A stretch of DNA of 64,000 nucleotides from Oligoflexia bacterium (GTDB lineage: Bacteria > Bdellovibrionota > UBA1018), in NCBI GenBank assembly GCA_963758495.1, contig CAVWVI010000003.1, positions 640,001-704,000 on the forward strand, read 5' to 3'. The position numbers were made by a program, and so were the translations under genes. Each line of letters begins with the position of its first letter. Position 1 is the first letter of the stretch. The notes under the pieces were generated by a model. That model worked only from the letters and a program-made list of their open reading frames with translations. It did not search any database and had not been told where the DNA came from. Below are positions 50,483 through 61,204 of this stretch, piece after piece.

Positions 50483-51865
50483 TTAAGGCTTGATTCGAAT
50501 GTCAAATAATGAAGGAAGAGGAATTGCCCGTCCATCTCTTCTCACTTCAGCACGAAACTTGGCAATCCTTACATCCATAACTTCCTGACAAGCCTGTCGA
50601 ATTGCCTCATCTAAGGTAAGTTCAGTTGAAAGCACCGCCGCACGAATCGCTCGTTCCTCATTAGCGATGCCTCCTGATTGTACTTTGCCTTCTAGAAATT
50701 TCTTTTTATCCACTGTTCCCATTAATATCTGCTTGATTTCAATAAAATTAAGCTTCGGATTAGAATCCATAATTTTTCCAGCAATCTTGGTTATAAATGG
50801 AGCTGCCTGACTCGTACCACTTAATGCGAGATGGTCTCCTCCTGGTATGGACGAGACAATACCTACACCTGGAGCAGCAATTTCGACATTTTTCTCTCCA
50901 TAATTTGAAAAAGATGCCAAACTTTCATAACCTCGAGTTGCAGCTACTGAAATTGTATTTTCTAATTTTAAATTTGCTGGAAATACGGGGGACTGGTCAT
51001 TATTAGTACCTTCATTTCCAGCGGCTAAAACAAACAAGGAGTGAGGTGCCACCTTTACGAAATCTGCTCCTTTTTCGATTAATTTAAGCATGAAAAATTT
51101 GGAATATTTATCAATTTCTGAATCCGTAAGTTCGTGCCCAAAAACAATTTTACCCGCTTGAGCAATGATTGATTGTGCTTGGTCCATACTTGTACCAAAA
51201 GAACAGTTAGCAACTTTCATCTCTGTAGATGCTAAATATTGTCCCACCGTAATCAATAACTTTACCTGCTGATCAACAACTTCTGATAAAAACCCCTCCA
51301 AAATTAAATGATCCCCAGAATTCACATCTCTTGTCGAATTCGATAGACTTAAATAAGGCATTAAAGAAACTAAAATAGACGGCGCAGGGTCTTTCACCTC
51401 AGTTGGAATAATTTTTGCGGCCATTATTCTAGCATCATCAGCATTGTTTGACGCAATTCCAGCAACGTGAGTTCCATGGATAAAATTACCAAATGTTTCA
51501 ACCTCTTCAAGAAAGGGGTGATCTTCCTGCTTATCTATAATCCATTTTTTATCACTTTCTGTTGCTTTTGCCGTCATTAGTTTGATTTGAATATCAAAAA
51601 ACTTTTTTACATCCGAAGAAAATTTTCCTAAATAGCTATAATCTATTACTTGATTATTATTTTCTGAAAAATTCCATCCGTTAATATCATCTTTAAACTC
51701 ATCCCCTTTAAGTCCTCCGGGATTACTCCATATTTTTCCAGAAAAATCTATATGTTTAACATCTGTTCCAGAATCCACTATACCAATGGGCACAGCCCAG
51801 GATATTTTTCCAAAAAGAAAAAATATGGCCCAATATACAAACTTATATCTTCCTAGTTTTCCCAT
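50483..51865 (-). CDS. S8 subtilisin-like secreted serine protease
   Basis: IVDSG, HGTHVAG, AAGN, SGTSQAAP triad motifs; signal peptide. Confidence 0.93.
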   Translation of the reverse strand: MGKLGRYKFVYWAIFFLFGKISWAVPIGIVDSGTDVKHIDFSGKIWSNPGGLKGDEFKDDINGWNFSENNNQVIDYSYLGKFSSDVKKFFDIQIKLMTAKATESDKKWIIDKQEDHPFLEEVETFGNFIHGTHVAGIASNNADDARIMAAKIIPTEVKDPAPSILVSLMPYLSLSNSTRDVNSGDHLILEGFLSEVVDQQVKLLITVGQYLASTEMKVANCSFGTSMDQAQSIIAQAGKIVFGHELTDSEIDKYSKFFMLKLIEKGADFVKVAPHSLFVLAAGNEGTNNDQSPVFPANLKLENTISVAATRGYESLASFSNYGEKNVEIAAPGVGIVSSIPGGDHLALSGTSQAAPFITKIAGKIMDSNPKLNFIEIKQILMGTVDKKKFLEGKVQSGGIANEERAIRAAVLSTELTLDEAIRQACQEVMDVRIAKFRAEVRRDGRAIPLPSLFDIRIKP

Positions 51866-52171
51866 GTTGAATCCCCCCTATTAAATATTGCATTAAATTT
51901 CAAACAGACCGTATCCACTAAAAGACTCTATGGAGATGACATTTTCCTTACCTCCAGCTAGTGGTTGCCTTGGAAAATTTCTCATTCCAAATTGAATGAT
52001 TTGCTTGTAATCAGACGTTCGTTTAGACACCTTCTAGAAATACCCCCGTTTTCAAAATGTAGATGAAATCGTTTTTTCTCTCATAAGAATTCAATACTGT
52101 CAAAAATATCAGTAACAAATATGAAGAATAAGAGCCCACTCAACCCTCTAAGGGTTTCCTATTAATTACCT

Positions 52172-53533
52172 TTACTGGAAAGGATAAATTGAACCCAATT
52201 GAAGGATTTTAGTAAGTTCGTCTAAAGCAGTCCGATTTTCCTGTAGAAGCTGTGGGTCTGAAAGTTCATTAATTGTTATCCGATCTCGATAGTGCTTTTT
52301 AACCCACTGAGTTAACTTTAAATAAAGGCCCTCATCGAGATAAACTTTAGAATTAGACGCCCTAAGTTCCTCTTGAGTGAGCGTAATTCTTAACCGCAAA
52401 CAGGCGGGGCCTCCCCCATTTCGCATACTTTGTCGCAAATCAAAATATTGAATCTCATCGATCGGCGAAGTTGAGTCTTGAAGAAGTTGATCTAGGTATA
52501 GCTTTACTGAGCGTACCTCCTGACATTCCACAGGCGCAATGAGTGTCATTTTACTCTTACCCGGAGGCTGAACGATCTGAGTATTGAATAGGTAAGAAGC
52601 TACAGCATCTTTTAAACTCACTTCTGAAGCTGGGACCTGGATCACTGTCAGTACTTTCCCTTCAGAAACCTGTTTGAATTTTTCATGGAGTTCACTGAGG
52701 ACTTCGCTTTGTAATGAAAATGCATTTTCATGGCAGAAAAAAACGTCCCTATTACCTACTGAAGCAACATCATTATGAAATACTCCCGCATCAATTGCAT
52801 CTGGACTCTGTTGAGCAAAAATAACATTTTTAGCATCTAGCTTGTGCAGACGCATGATTGCTTGAGATGCTTCGAAAGTTTGTCGTGCAGGGTAATGACT
52901 CGCCTCCTTACTTGAAGGTCCAAAGGCAGTTTTTCCGTATACAAAAAGATGCAAACCAGGCCTTCCATACTCTGTGCAAAATCGTGAGTGATTCGCGCCT
53001 CCTTCATCACCAAAATAGGAGCTAGATGGAAGCGCAGAGTGATGAGTAAAATAATGAGCATCTGAAAAAACCGTTTGCAAAATTCGACTTGTCATTGAAT
53101 GTTCAATTGATCGGTGAAATTTATTGATCAAATTTGCCGGAGTGAAATGAACTTTTCCATCAATGGTATCTGCGCTTGGAGCAACCGTAGCTGCATTAGC
53201 TGTCCACATGCTTGAAGCCGAGCAGCATGCGAGAAAGAGTTCGGGTGCACTTCGAGCAGCCTTTTCTATAATGGCCTGATCTGAACCTTCAAATCCTAAA
53301 TTTCGCAAAGTAGATAAATGTGGCCGCTCGTGAGGAGGAAGAAGTGCTTGCTTCAAACCTAGATCTGCTAAATATTTCATTTTACGCAAACCTTGCAAAG
53401 CCGCTTCTTGAGGATTTGAAACCAACGCTCGATGACCTGTTGAGGCCACATTACCAAACGAGAGCCCCGAATAATTATGAGTAGGTCCGATCAACCCATC
53501 AAAGTTAACCTCATAAGCGCTAGGTAATAGCAT
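52172..53533 (-). CDS. astB: N-succinylarginine dihydrolase
   Basis: EVNFDGLIGPTHNY, SSMWTANAATV, GDEGGANH, GVFHNDV, SMRNGGGPACLRLR. Confidence 0.96.
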   Translation of the reverse strand: MLLPSAYEVNFDGLIGPTHNYSGLSFGNVASTGHRALVSNPQEAALQGLRKMKYLADLGLKQALLPPHERPHLSTLRNLGFEGSDQAIIEKAARSAPELFLACCSASSMWTANAATVAPSADTIDGKVHFTPANLINKFHRSIEHSMTSRILQTVFSDAHYFTHHSALPSSSYFGDEGGANHSRFCTEYGRPGLHLFVYGKTAFGPSSKEASHYPARQTFEASQAIMRLHKLDAKNVIFAQQSPDAIDAGVFHNDVASVGNRDVFFCHENAFSLQSEVLSELHEKFKQVSEGKVLTVIQVPASEVSLKDAVASYLFNTQIVQPPGKSKMTLIAPVECQEVRSVKLYLDQLLQDSTSPIDEIQYFDLRQSMRNGGGPACLRLRITLTQEELRASNSKVYLDEGLYLKLTQWVKKHYRDRITINELSDPQLLQENRTALDELTKILQLGSIYPFQ

Positions 53534-53574
53534 AATTCCCTTTCTATCAAATGAGTGTCCCCATCCTCAGCTCA

Positions 53575-54720
53575 TCACCAACTTAGACCTACCCCAATAA
53601 CACCATAACGCGTATTAGAAAACAAATCAGTAGCGCTTCTTACTGTTACTTGCGATAACTCGCCCACTAAATGATATCTCCACGTATTACCTAATGGCCA
53701 GGAAAAGGAGCCACCACCTTTGATCTCAAAAGATCCTGAAATGAGACTGATACCATTCGCTAAAAAACTGAGACCATTACTAGAAAGAGGAGAAAATTTC
53801 AAATAAGTATGCATTTTTACATCATCTCCTAACTGTAGTTCACCTGCCATTCCGACCATGGGTCCATACATATTTTTGGTTCCCACAACACCTTCACTAG
53901 CAACCATCGTAAGATAAGATAGTCCGAGTAATAATCGGAATTCCACATCCGAATCCGCAAACAATGTATAACCTATACGAAGGCCAAACCCCATATATCG
54001 AATATCCGAAATATTATCGTTTTTAACCGTAAATAAAGGCAAGACGTTATAATAACCACTCATATTCATATCCCATTTTCTGGAAGGAAAATAATACCCA
54101 TATTCCCCTCTAAAAACTGTAGCTATCTCTTTAGCATTGGGAAGATCAGTCTCGGTGTATGAAACTCCACTGAGGCCATATTGAAAACTGAGATAATGAG
54201 TACCGTCTGAACCTCCAGAGATTGCTTCAGGGGCATTTACTTTTCTCAAGGTATATGAATGCTCCTCTATAATTTGCCCATCAGCTTCGACTCTAAAATC
54301 AAGAATTGTAGTGTCTTCAGTAATAGGCAATGTAACAGTAAAATCGCCATTATCATTTATACTGACAGCTTGTAAATTGATTGAAATTTGATTAAACGAT
54401 CCAGAGTAGTTTCCAGTGAGTGTAGCTGTCGACTTTTTTTCTCCATTTTCTTCATGAACTTCAACAGGAGCGGTTTCCGACCACCACCTCAGCCTTGTAT
54501 CCTGCTCATCGTGATTCACTCCTTCAATAACGACCCAATCTCCAACTGATTCTATTCCTGAATCACCTGCCCAAGTAAAGCCATCTCGAGAGATAACAGG
54601 TAGAAATAGAACCACCGAGAACGCAATCCCCAGACACAATAAAACATAAAAAGTACGCGAAACGGCACCCAACCCCTTGGTCCATGGGAACTTATTCAAT
54701 TCTCTTTTCATTGCGCGCAC
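53575..54720 (-). CDS. Hypothetical exported protein with C-terminal beta-barrel
   Basis: Hydrophobic N-terminus, Ig-like middle region, amphipathic strands ending in W. Confidence 0.6.
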   Translation of the reverse strand: MRAMKRELNKFPWTKGLGAVSRTFYVLLCLGIAFSVVLFLPVISRDGFTWAGDSGIESVGDWVVIEGVNHDEQDTRLRWWSETAPVEVHEENGEKKSTATLTGNYSGSFNQISINLQAVSINDNGDFTVTLPITEDTTILDFRVEADGQIIEEHSYTLRKVNAPEAISGGSDGTHYLSFQYGLSGVSYTETDLPNAKEIATVFRGEYGYYFPSRKWDMNMSGYYNVLPLFTVKNDNISDIRYMGFGLRIGYTLFADSDVEFRLLLGLSYLTMVASEGVVGTKNMYGPMVGMAGELQLGDDVKMHTYLKFSPLSSNGLSFLANGISLISGSFEIKGGGSFSWPLGNTWRYHLVGELSQVTVRSATDLFSNTRYGVIGVGLSW

Positions 54721-54931
54721 TATTAAAAGTTTACTATAGTTTTAAGCTAGTGCACAAACTAATCGAAACTCTTGAAGAAATGGAAATGATTCTCATCAGA
54801 CGATGTGCGCCGCATCATAGCTAAACTCATAAAAAAAGATTCACATTTTTCTTAAAAAGAAGTATGTAGCGCGCGGGGTGTGTGTGACGCGCCGAGAAAG
54901 AAATTCTATTCAATAGTCTCTGGGGGGATCT

Positions 54932-56932
54932 ATGGGGTTAAATTCAACTCGCAACAGAGTTCCATTTTTTCTAACATTTTTTATAATCTTTATTCAATTC
55001 ATTGGAAACCAAGATGCTTTTGCTTACGAAAAGGGGACCTTTTTTAGGCACTGCCTTGATCAAATCGATGCAAATCAGTTATCTCTGCATCGCTTCTTAA
55101 TAGATTCTCATCCTTTTGTACAATTATGGTCGAACGAAAATAAGGAGGGCAGTCAAAACAGCTATCAATCCAGGCCAACCTTATCATTCATTGATCAGAG
55201 AACTCTTCTCAGAGATTTAATGACTGAGTACGTGAATACGTACATAGAAAATCAAGAGTCTTTTGATCCCTACCATCACGAGCAACTTACGACCTGGAAA
55301 GCCAAAGGAACCATGCTTTATCGCCATCTTTGTCAAAACAGTGACTTTAAGCCTACATGCAAGGAGCACAAAGACAAGATCATATCTTTTTTTGAGAACC
55401 ACTTGAAAAATATAGATGCAATTAAACCACTCCCTCACTTAAAGCAAAACAACTCAACGTACCTAGGCCTATTTAATCAAGCTATAATAGAAATACGTCA
55501 AAAATATTCAGTGACTCGTGCAGCAATAAATAATGAAATCACATCTACGCTTTTTAAAGAAAACACTTTGGATACCTCTATCCATTCAGCTCAGGATTAC
55601 AATCATCAACTCCAGAATATCCTTTCACAGCCCAATCTATCTGAAATGAATCAACACTATAAAAAGACTTACCTAAAACATGCTCGATCATTTCCTGGAA
55701 AGATACTCTTCACAAAAACAATGTTGAATCGAATTGAGGGAAACTTTTTCGAAATTCACTTTGTAGACCTCATCTTAGCTGTTGAAGAAATAACAAAAGA
55801 ACTCAGGAATGACTTTCAAAAGCTTCTTAAAGAAAACCCTCTCATCATGAAATCGCTGGATATAGAAGAAACCGCTGAAAAGGAAGAAAGACTCAAACTT
55901 GAACCTAAAAACATCGAGTTAGTTAACTCTTGTAATCAATCAATAGAACAATGGTTTCATTCAAGTAATATTTCTCAAATCTTTGCTTCTGAAGAAATAT
56001 TTTCTTTGATTGAAGCACTCAATATAACTGACATCGAAACAATCCGATTTCTAACCCAAAACCAATTACAAAGGGCAATGTGGAGATTAAGAGAATTAGC
56101 ACTCACAGACAAAGCCCAAGCTCTAGAAAATTGGATTAATCACAATATCCTAGCTGATGATCAAGTTGAAAAATCCACCCTATTGGGAGGTGGGATTACT
56201 ACCACAAAACTCATTTTCTATCCTCACTTTGCCAAAGGCGTTTATAAACCTAAACCAAGAGATCATAAACGATATCATCAAGGACTCTTTGATTGGGTCG
56301 ATCATAAATATCAGGACTTGATGGATTCACTTGGAGGAGATTATCGGAAAGAGATTGCAGCATATAAAATTGATCGACTCATTAATCTTAACTTAGTTCC
56401 TCTGACAAAGAAGGTGGATTTAGCTGATGGTGTAGGTTCTTTACAACTTTTTATAGATCAAGCATCTACGGCCCGAATTATGAACGAAGTTGATATTAAC
56501 AAACCCATTCAATCTGGACATTGGAGTTCTCCATCTGGAAGAGCCCTATTACATCGAAATGCTCTATTGTTTGACTGGCTCATTGATAATCACGATAGAA
56601 ACGTTGATAATTATCTCTTCCAAGATGATGGTCAAGTCATCCTAATCGACCATGGATGGACATTCCTTTGTTACCATTTTCACTCTTTATCACATGAACA
56701 AATTAAAAAAATGATACCAACCCGAACTATCTATCAAAACATAAAAATACTCGCACAAGATCACGCCCTAGTAGATAGAGAGTTAAGCCCACTCCTCAAT
56801 TCAATTAGACTTAAACTCTTTAAAGAAAGGCTGAACTTTTTCGTAAAAAACGTTGAAGAACTGATTTTAAAAAATGGAGAAAATGACGTCTTCTCTAAAG
56901 AAGAGGAAGGTCCTCCAATATATTTACAATAA
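54932..56932 (+). CDS. Secreted protein with C-terminal PI3/PI4-kinase-like (atypical kinase) domain
   Basis: Signal peptide AFA; GVYKP, EIAAYKIDRLINLNLVP, GSLQLF, FDWLIDNHDRNVDN, LIDHG. Confidence 0.8.
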   Translation: MGLNSTRNRVPFFLTFFIIFIQFIGNQDAFAYEKGTFFRHCLDQIDANQLSLHRFLIDSHPFVQLWSNENKEGSQNSYQSRPTLSFIDQRTLLRDLMTEYVNTYIENQESFDPYHHEQLTTWKAKGTMLYRHLCQNSDFKPTCKEHKDKIISFFENHLKNIDAIKPLPHLKQNNSTYLGLFNQAIIEIRQKYSVTRAAINNEITSTLFKENTLDTSIHSAQDYNHQLQNILSQPNLSEMNQHYKKTYLKHARSFPGKILFTKTMLNRIEGNFFEIHFVDLILAVEEITKELRNDFQKLLKENPLIMKSLDIEETAEKEERLKLEPKNIELVNSCNQSIEQWFHSSNISQIFASEEIFSLIEALNITDIETIRFLTQNQLQRAMWRLRELALTDKAQALENWINHNILADDQVEKSTLLGGGITTTKLIFYPHFAKGVYKPKPRDHKRYHQGLFDWVDHKYQDLMDSLGGDYRKEIAAYKIDRLINLNLVPLTKKVDLADGVGSLQLFIDQASTARIMNEVDINKPIQSGHWSSPSGRALLHRNALLFDWLIDNHDRNVDNYLFQDDGQVILIDHGWTFLCYHFHSLSHEQIKKMIPTRTIYQNIKILAQDHALVDRELSPLLNSIRLKLFKERLNFFVKNVEELILKNGENDVFSKEEEGPPIYLQ

Positions 56933-56948
56933 AAAGTAGCGCATAATT

Positions 56949-58802
56949 ATGAGAATATCTTCAAAATTTTTAACTTTAACCTATCTAATAGCTGGTATCC
57001 TTCTTTTACCTTATTCTGCTGTTTTTGGGGAAGAAAATACTGAATCAGAAGACGTTAACCCTGCGCCTGGTTTTATTGAACGATATTCATCTGACTCAAA
57101 CTATGGAACAAAACTAGAAGAAATAGTCAAATGGGAAGATCTCTCCAATCAATATGTATTAGGATACGGACTAGATAATAGTGGTAAACTAATCCCATTC
57201 GCTATCTATGATAAAACCTTTTCTACTTATTTTTTTTCACATTTCTGGAAACTTTTAATTCTAGGGAGTGTTGGCATTAGTGACTTAAATTTGGCTCATT
57301 TAAACAAGATCATCAATAAACAAAAAATAAAGAAAAGCATTAAAAATAATCTGGATTTTCATCTTACACCTGAGCAACGGGAAGAACTTGAATCCACACA
57401 AATTCACATCTCGGGAGATTTTTGGAAAAATAAAAATATAATTTGGAAGTCAGGAAAACAGCCAGACCTCTTGGGACCATCCCCTTTACGAGTATCTTTT
57501 CGAGATTTTAATTGGTCTGAGATGGCAAAAGATCATCCCACAGTAAGTCAAGCTTTGTTAACCTTTGGCAAATCCACACACTATTTATCTAAAAATGAAG
57601 GGATCCCACTCTCACTTGAAATTAACTCTGTCACTACTTATCCAAACGTCAATTTTCCAACTTTGTCAGAGCCTACTTATGTAGATAAAGTCATTGAAGA
57701 CATTGAATTTGATCTTCAAGCAGATGGCACCTATAAAATCCATCATGAAGAATTTAAAAAACTTGCGCGCCCTATCAAAGTAATTGATCTTCATAAAAAA
57801 AACTCATCACTTCAAAGAGCAGCATCTTGGGCTCTAATCACCATGAGTATTAAAAGCGGGTTAAGCGCAATTCCTATTTATGGACCACCTCAAGCAACTA
57901 TGGCCATGCTTGAACGCGTCTTCGACTTTATCGAACTCCTTTATCTCCATCGTCATGCACAAGCCCTCATTTTGGTATTAGAGGCATTAGATCATAATCA
58001 AAATTCGCCTTTTACAACTTCTAAGCTCTCTGAGGAGCAACTGAAAGATGCCGTTTTTTACCTACTCAGAAGTCAAACCATGCTTTCGTCAATTTTTCTT
58101 AACCTATTTTCAAAAAATGAAACCCTGACTGATAAATACCTACATAAAATTAATACTAAAAGAGCACAAGGATTAGTGAACTTAAGTAAAAAAGAGATAG
58201 AATTATTTCCCATTCCAAATACTTATTTTGCTCTAGGAGTAAAAAAAGACTTAGAGACTGAGGAAATTAAAAAACTTAAAATTTATGCTTTAGGTTTTAC
58301 AAAACTAGCAAGGAGAAAAAAACCCATTACGGTAGTTGACTTTCTTCGCCCTCATAAAGAAAAGAGAAAAAGGGATCGTCTCCAAGTACTCTTACTTAGT
58401 GCGAACTTCATCTATGTCCCCATTCCTACAATATCAAGCATTATAAAACTAATATTTAAAGAAATAGTCATTCGAGAATACCATCGACGTCAGATGTGGG
58501 AAAATGGCTACTTAGCTCATATTCATCACTCACCTAATGAACTTAAAGAATTACTTATGAGAACCACAGGGATTCCTGAAGCACTGGCCGAAAAATATGA
58601 AAAATCTGCGATTTTCTCAATAGAATCCAAGAGAATAGATCCTCTTGACTTAACTTCTGAAGAAATACCCCTACACCGAAAACAAGTAGAGAATTGGCTT
58701 AAATTTTATGACCCTTCTTATCAAAGCTGGAGTGAACTTCACACCGAGAAATCTCGAGTCTCCGTTATTAAAACCAACAATATAATTCACAATCTGGAGT
58801 AA
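56949..58802 (+). CDS. Secreted hypothetical protein with internal hydrophobic helices
   Basis: Signal peptide; ORF co-oriented 16 nt after the kinase gene. Confidence 0.7.
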   Translation: MRISSKFLTLTYLIAGILLLPYSAVFGEENTESEDVNPAPGFIERYSSDSNYGTKLEEIVKWEDLSNQYVLGYGLDNSGKLIPFAIYDKTFSTYFFSHFWKLLILGSVGISDLNLAHLNKIINKQKIKKSIKNNLDFHLTPEQREELESTQIHISGDFWKNKNIIWKSGKQPDLLGPSPLRVSFRDFNWSEMAKDHPTVSQALLTFGKSTHYLSKNEGIPLSLEINSVTTYPNVNFPTLSEPTYVDKVIEDIEFDLQADGTYKIHHEEFKKLARPIKVIDLHKKNSSLQRAASWALITMSIKSGLSAIPIYGPPQATMAMLERVFDFIELLYLHRHAQALILVLEALDHNQNSPFTTSKLSEEQLKDAVFYLLRSQTMLSSIFLNLFSKNETLTDKYLHKINTKRAQGLVNLSKKEIELFPIPNTYFALGVKKDLETEEIKKLKIYALGFTKLARRKKPITVVDFLRPHKEKRKRDRLQVLLLSANFIYVPIPTISSIIKLIFKEIVIREYHRRQMWENGYLAHIHHSPNELKELLMRTTGIPEALAEKYEKSAIFSIESKRIDPLDLTSEEIPLHRKQVENWLKFYDPSYQSWSELHTEKSRVSVIKTNNIIHNLE

Positions 58803-58806
58803 ATAA

Positions 58807-59559
58807 ATGTATACTTTTATTAGAAAATCACCTCGACTTTTGGGAATCTTGTTATTAATACCCACACTTGCTCACTCAAACTACGAAACCTTAACTCATT
58901 TCTCTGTTTCACATATAGGCGATAAGGGTAAAGAATCACTTGAAGAATTAATCAAGCCAGTGAATGTAGCTCGATTAATACAAAAATACGCCAATGAAAA
59001 ATCAGACTATAAAACCGATGTTGAATCCTTCACAAACGAAAACAATAGACCAGGAATTCAAATTGATTTTAAAAAATTATCCGCTCCAGACTCAAATGAT
59101 AAAACACAGGATGAACCTCACACTTCTTCATACTGGAATATTACAAATCAAGCATTTACGGGAGTCAAAGGATACTTTTCTAATCTAAAATCACTAGTAA
59201 ACGAGTCATTGAGTTCCTATTTTTCAAGCGGTACAGCGATAGGATACCCCAGCCATCGCAGGACCAGTTGTGAAAAAAACGGAGTTCGCATTGACCTAGA
59301 TCTTCAAGACTCTTCTTATAATGTTTTGGCTATCGCTCATGCTATCGCTTTAGATATATGCTATTATCAAACTGAGATTGAACCAGATATTTATGATTTC
59401 AAAATGCAAATTCACGTTATGCTTGATCCAGGACCCCTTTTTTCTAAAGAAATATCACCTGCAATGTATCAACGTATTACTGTAGAAACTCAATTATTGA
59501 GTAATGTATTTTATGAATTATTTTACTCTATTCGGAGAGATCTTATCAAAAGGAAATAA
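58807..59559 (+). CDS. Secreted hypothetical protein
   Basis: Signal peptide ending AHS; GGAG RBS. Confidence 0.7.
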   Translation: MYTFIRKSPRLLGILLLIPTLAHSNYETLTHFSVSHIGDKGKESLEELIKPVNVARLIQKYANEKSDYKTDVESFTNENNRPGIQIDFKKLSAPDSNDKTQDEPHTSSYWNITNQAFTGVKGYFSNLKSLVNESLSSYFSSGTAIGYPSHRRTSCEKNGVRIDLDLQDSSYNVLAIAHAIALDICYYQTEIEPDIYDFKMQIHVMLDPGPLFSKEISPAMYQRITVETQLLSNVFYELFYSIRRDLIKRK

Positions 59560-59587
59560 TGATTCAGGCGACAGATCAACACTATTA

Positions 59588-59623
59588 GTGCGTAGTTCCT
59601 TTAGGGATCCTTGCAGTACTTAC
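59588..59623 (-). mobile_element. 36-nt short form of the GTAAG...CTTAC element
   Basis: Reverse complement GTAAGTACTGCAAGGATCCCTAAAGGAACTACGCAC is colinear with 1679-1714; no TSD recognisable. Confidence 0.7.
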
Positions 59624-59628
59624 GTGTC

Positions 59629-61071
59629 CTATCGGACTAACTCAATTCGAAACTTGCGCCCTTTAATCCGGCCCTCACGTAATTTTTGCAGCGCAAGGGG
59701 CGCCACACACCTAGTTACAGCAACATAGGAAAAGTGATCATGGATCTCAATTTTTCCAACATCTGATGCATTCAGCCCCCCTGCATCACCAGTTAAAGCC
59801 CCTAGAATATCACCAGGACGCATCTTTTCTTTCCGACCTCCAGAAATATAAAGTGTTTCCATGAGCGAGTTTTGATGAAAAACCTTGAACTCTTCGACAT
59901 TAAGATTCTCAACAGAGGCTAATGTTTTCTCTATGAGTTTAATTCCCGTATATTTCTCAATAGCTTGAATCTTTCCCTTTTCGCGAGAAGTGGCAAGTGA
60001 AATTGCTAACCCCTTTTTCCCTGCTCGTCCCGTTCGTCCAATTCGATGTACATAAATATCAGCCTTCGCAGGAAGATCATAATTAAAAACTGCATCCAAA
60101 TTTTCCACATCTAGCCCGCGCGCTGCCACATCGGTAGCAATAAGAATACGTACACTCTTATTACGAAATTTCGCCATCACACGATCTCGTTCATTTTGCT
60201 CTAGATCTCCATGTATACACGCACTACTGACCCCCACTTTAGAAAGTGCACGAGCAAGTTCGATGACTGTAGTTTTGAGATTGCAAAAAATAATTGCCGA
60301 TTCGGGCTGATTTTGCTGAAGAATCCAAAGAAGCCCATTAAACTTGACCTCCTGTTGAGTTTCGTAGACCACTTGCCGAATATCAGGAACGGAATGTTGA
60401 GATTCCTCGATTGTAATCAGAGCCGGATTCCGCTGATAGGCTTGGCTCATAGCCTCGATAGTTCGTGGATAAGTCGCTGAGAAAAAAACAGTTTGTCGGC
60501 TTTTGGGAATATCTTTCAAAATCTTTTCCATGTCATCTTGAAACCCCATATCCAACATACGATCTGCTTCATCTAGTACAACGGTGGAAACATTTTTTAA
60601 ATCGAGAGTTCTCCTCTTCAAATGATCCAAAACTCGACCAGGAGTACCCACAATGACATGAACACCCTTCTCAAGAGAATTCAACTGGGGAAACATAGGT
60701 TGCCCACCTGATAAAATAAGGACCTGCATCCCCGCATGCCGGCGACCGAGCTTGCGAACTTCACGAGCGACTTGAGTGCATAGCTCTCGAGTTGGACAAA
60801 GAATCACAGCCTGGACTTTTAGTTGTTGTAGATTCAGCTTTTCAAGAACAGGGAGGGTAAATGCTGCCGTTTTACCACTTCCTGTTTTTGATTGACCTAC
60901 TAAATCCCTGCCTTCAAGCAACACTGGGATACTACGAGCTTGTATTGGAGTAAGCTCTCTAAACCCGAGCTCCTGAACTACCTGGATCAATATAGGCGAT
61001 AGAGACAGAGAACCGAAGTCCATTGCCCCTAACTTTACTTGTTTATTTGACATCATTTTAAAAACCCTCAA
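59629..61071 (-). CDS. dbpA: ATP-dependent RNA helicase DbpA
   Basis: SKTGSGKT, PTREL, DEAD, SAT, HRIGRTGRAG, C-terminal GGRKEKMRPGDILGAL DbpA RNA-binding domain. Confidence 0.95.
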   Translation of the reverse strand: MRVFKMMSNKQVKLGAMDFGSLSLSPILIQVVQELGFRELTPIQARSIPVLLEGRDLVGQSKTGSGKTAAFTLPVLEKLNLQQLKVQAVILCPTRELCTQVAREVRKLGRRHAGMQVLILSGGQPMFPQLNSLEKGVHVIVGTPGRVLDHLKRRTLDLKNVSTVVLDEADRMLDMGFQDDMEKILKDIPKSRQTVFFSATYPRTIEAMSQAYQRNPALITIEESQHSVPDIRQVVYETQQEVKFNGLLWILQQNQPESAIIFCNLKTTVIELARALSKVGVSSACIHGDLEQNERDRVMAKFRNKSVRILIATDVAARGLDVENLDAVFNYDLPAKADIYVHRIGRTGRAGKKGLAISLATSREKGKIQAIEKYTGIKLIEKTLASVENLNVEEFKVFHQNSLMETLYISGGRKEKMRPGDILGALTGDAGGLNASDVGKIEIHDHFSYVAVTRCVAPLALQKLREGRIKGRKFRIELVR

Positions 61072-61204
61072 GCTCGAATCCCCACGAAAGCATATCTTAT
61101 ATCAAGTAAAGACGAAGAAATCAACGCATTGCAATATAATTAACTTAATAGGTTATAGATATCTATGCTATAAGACCCTTTTACGGCTTAAGAGGATATT
61201 ATTT

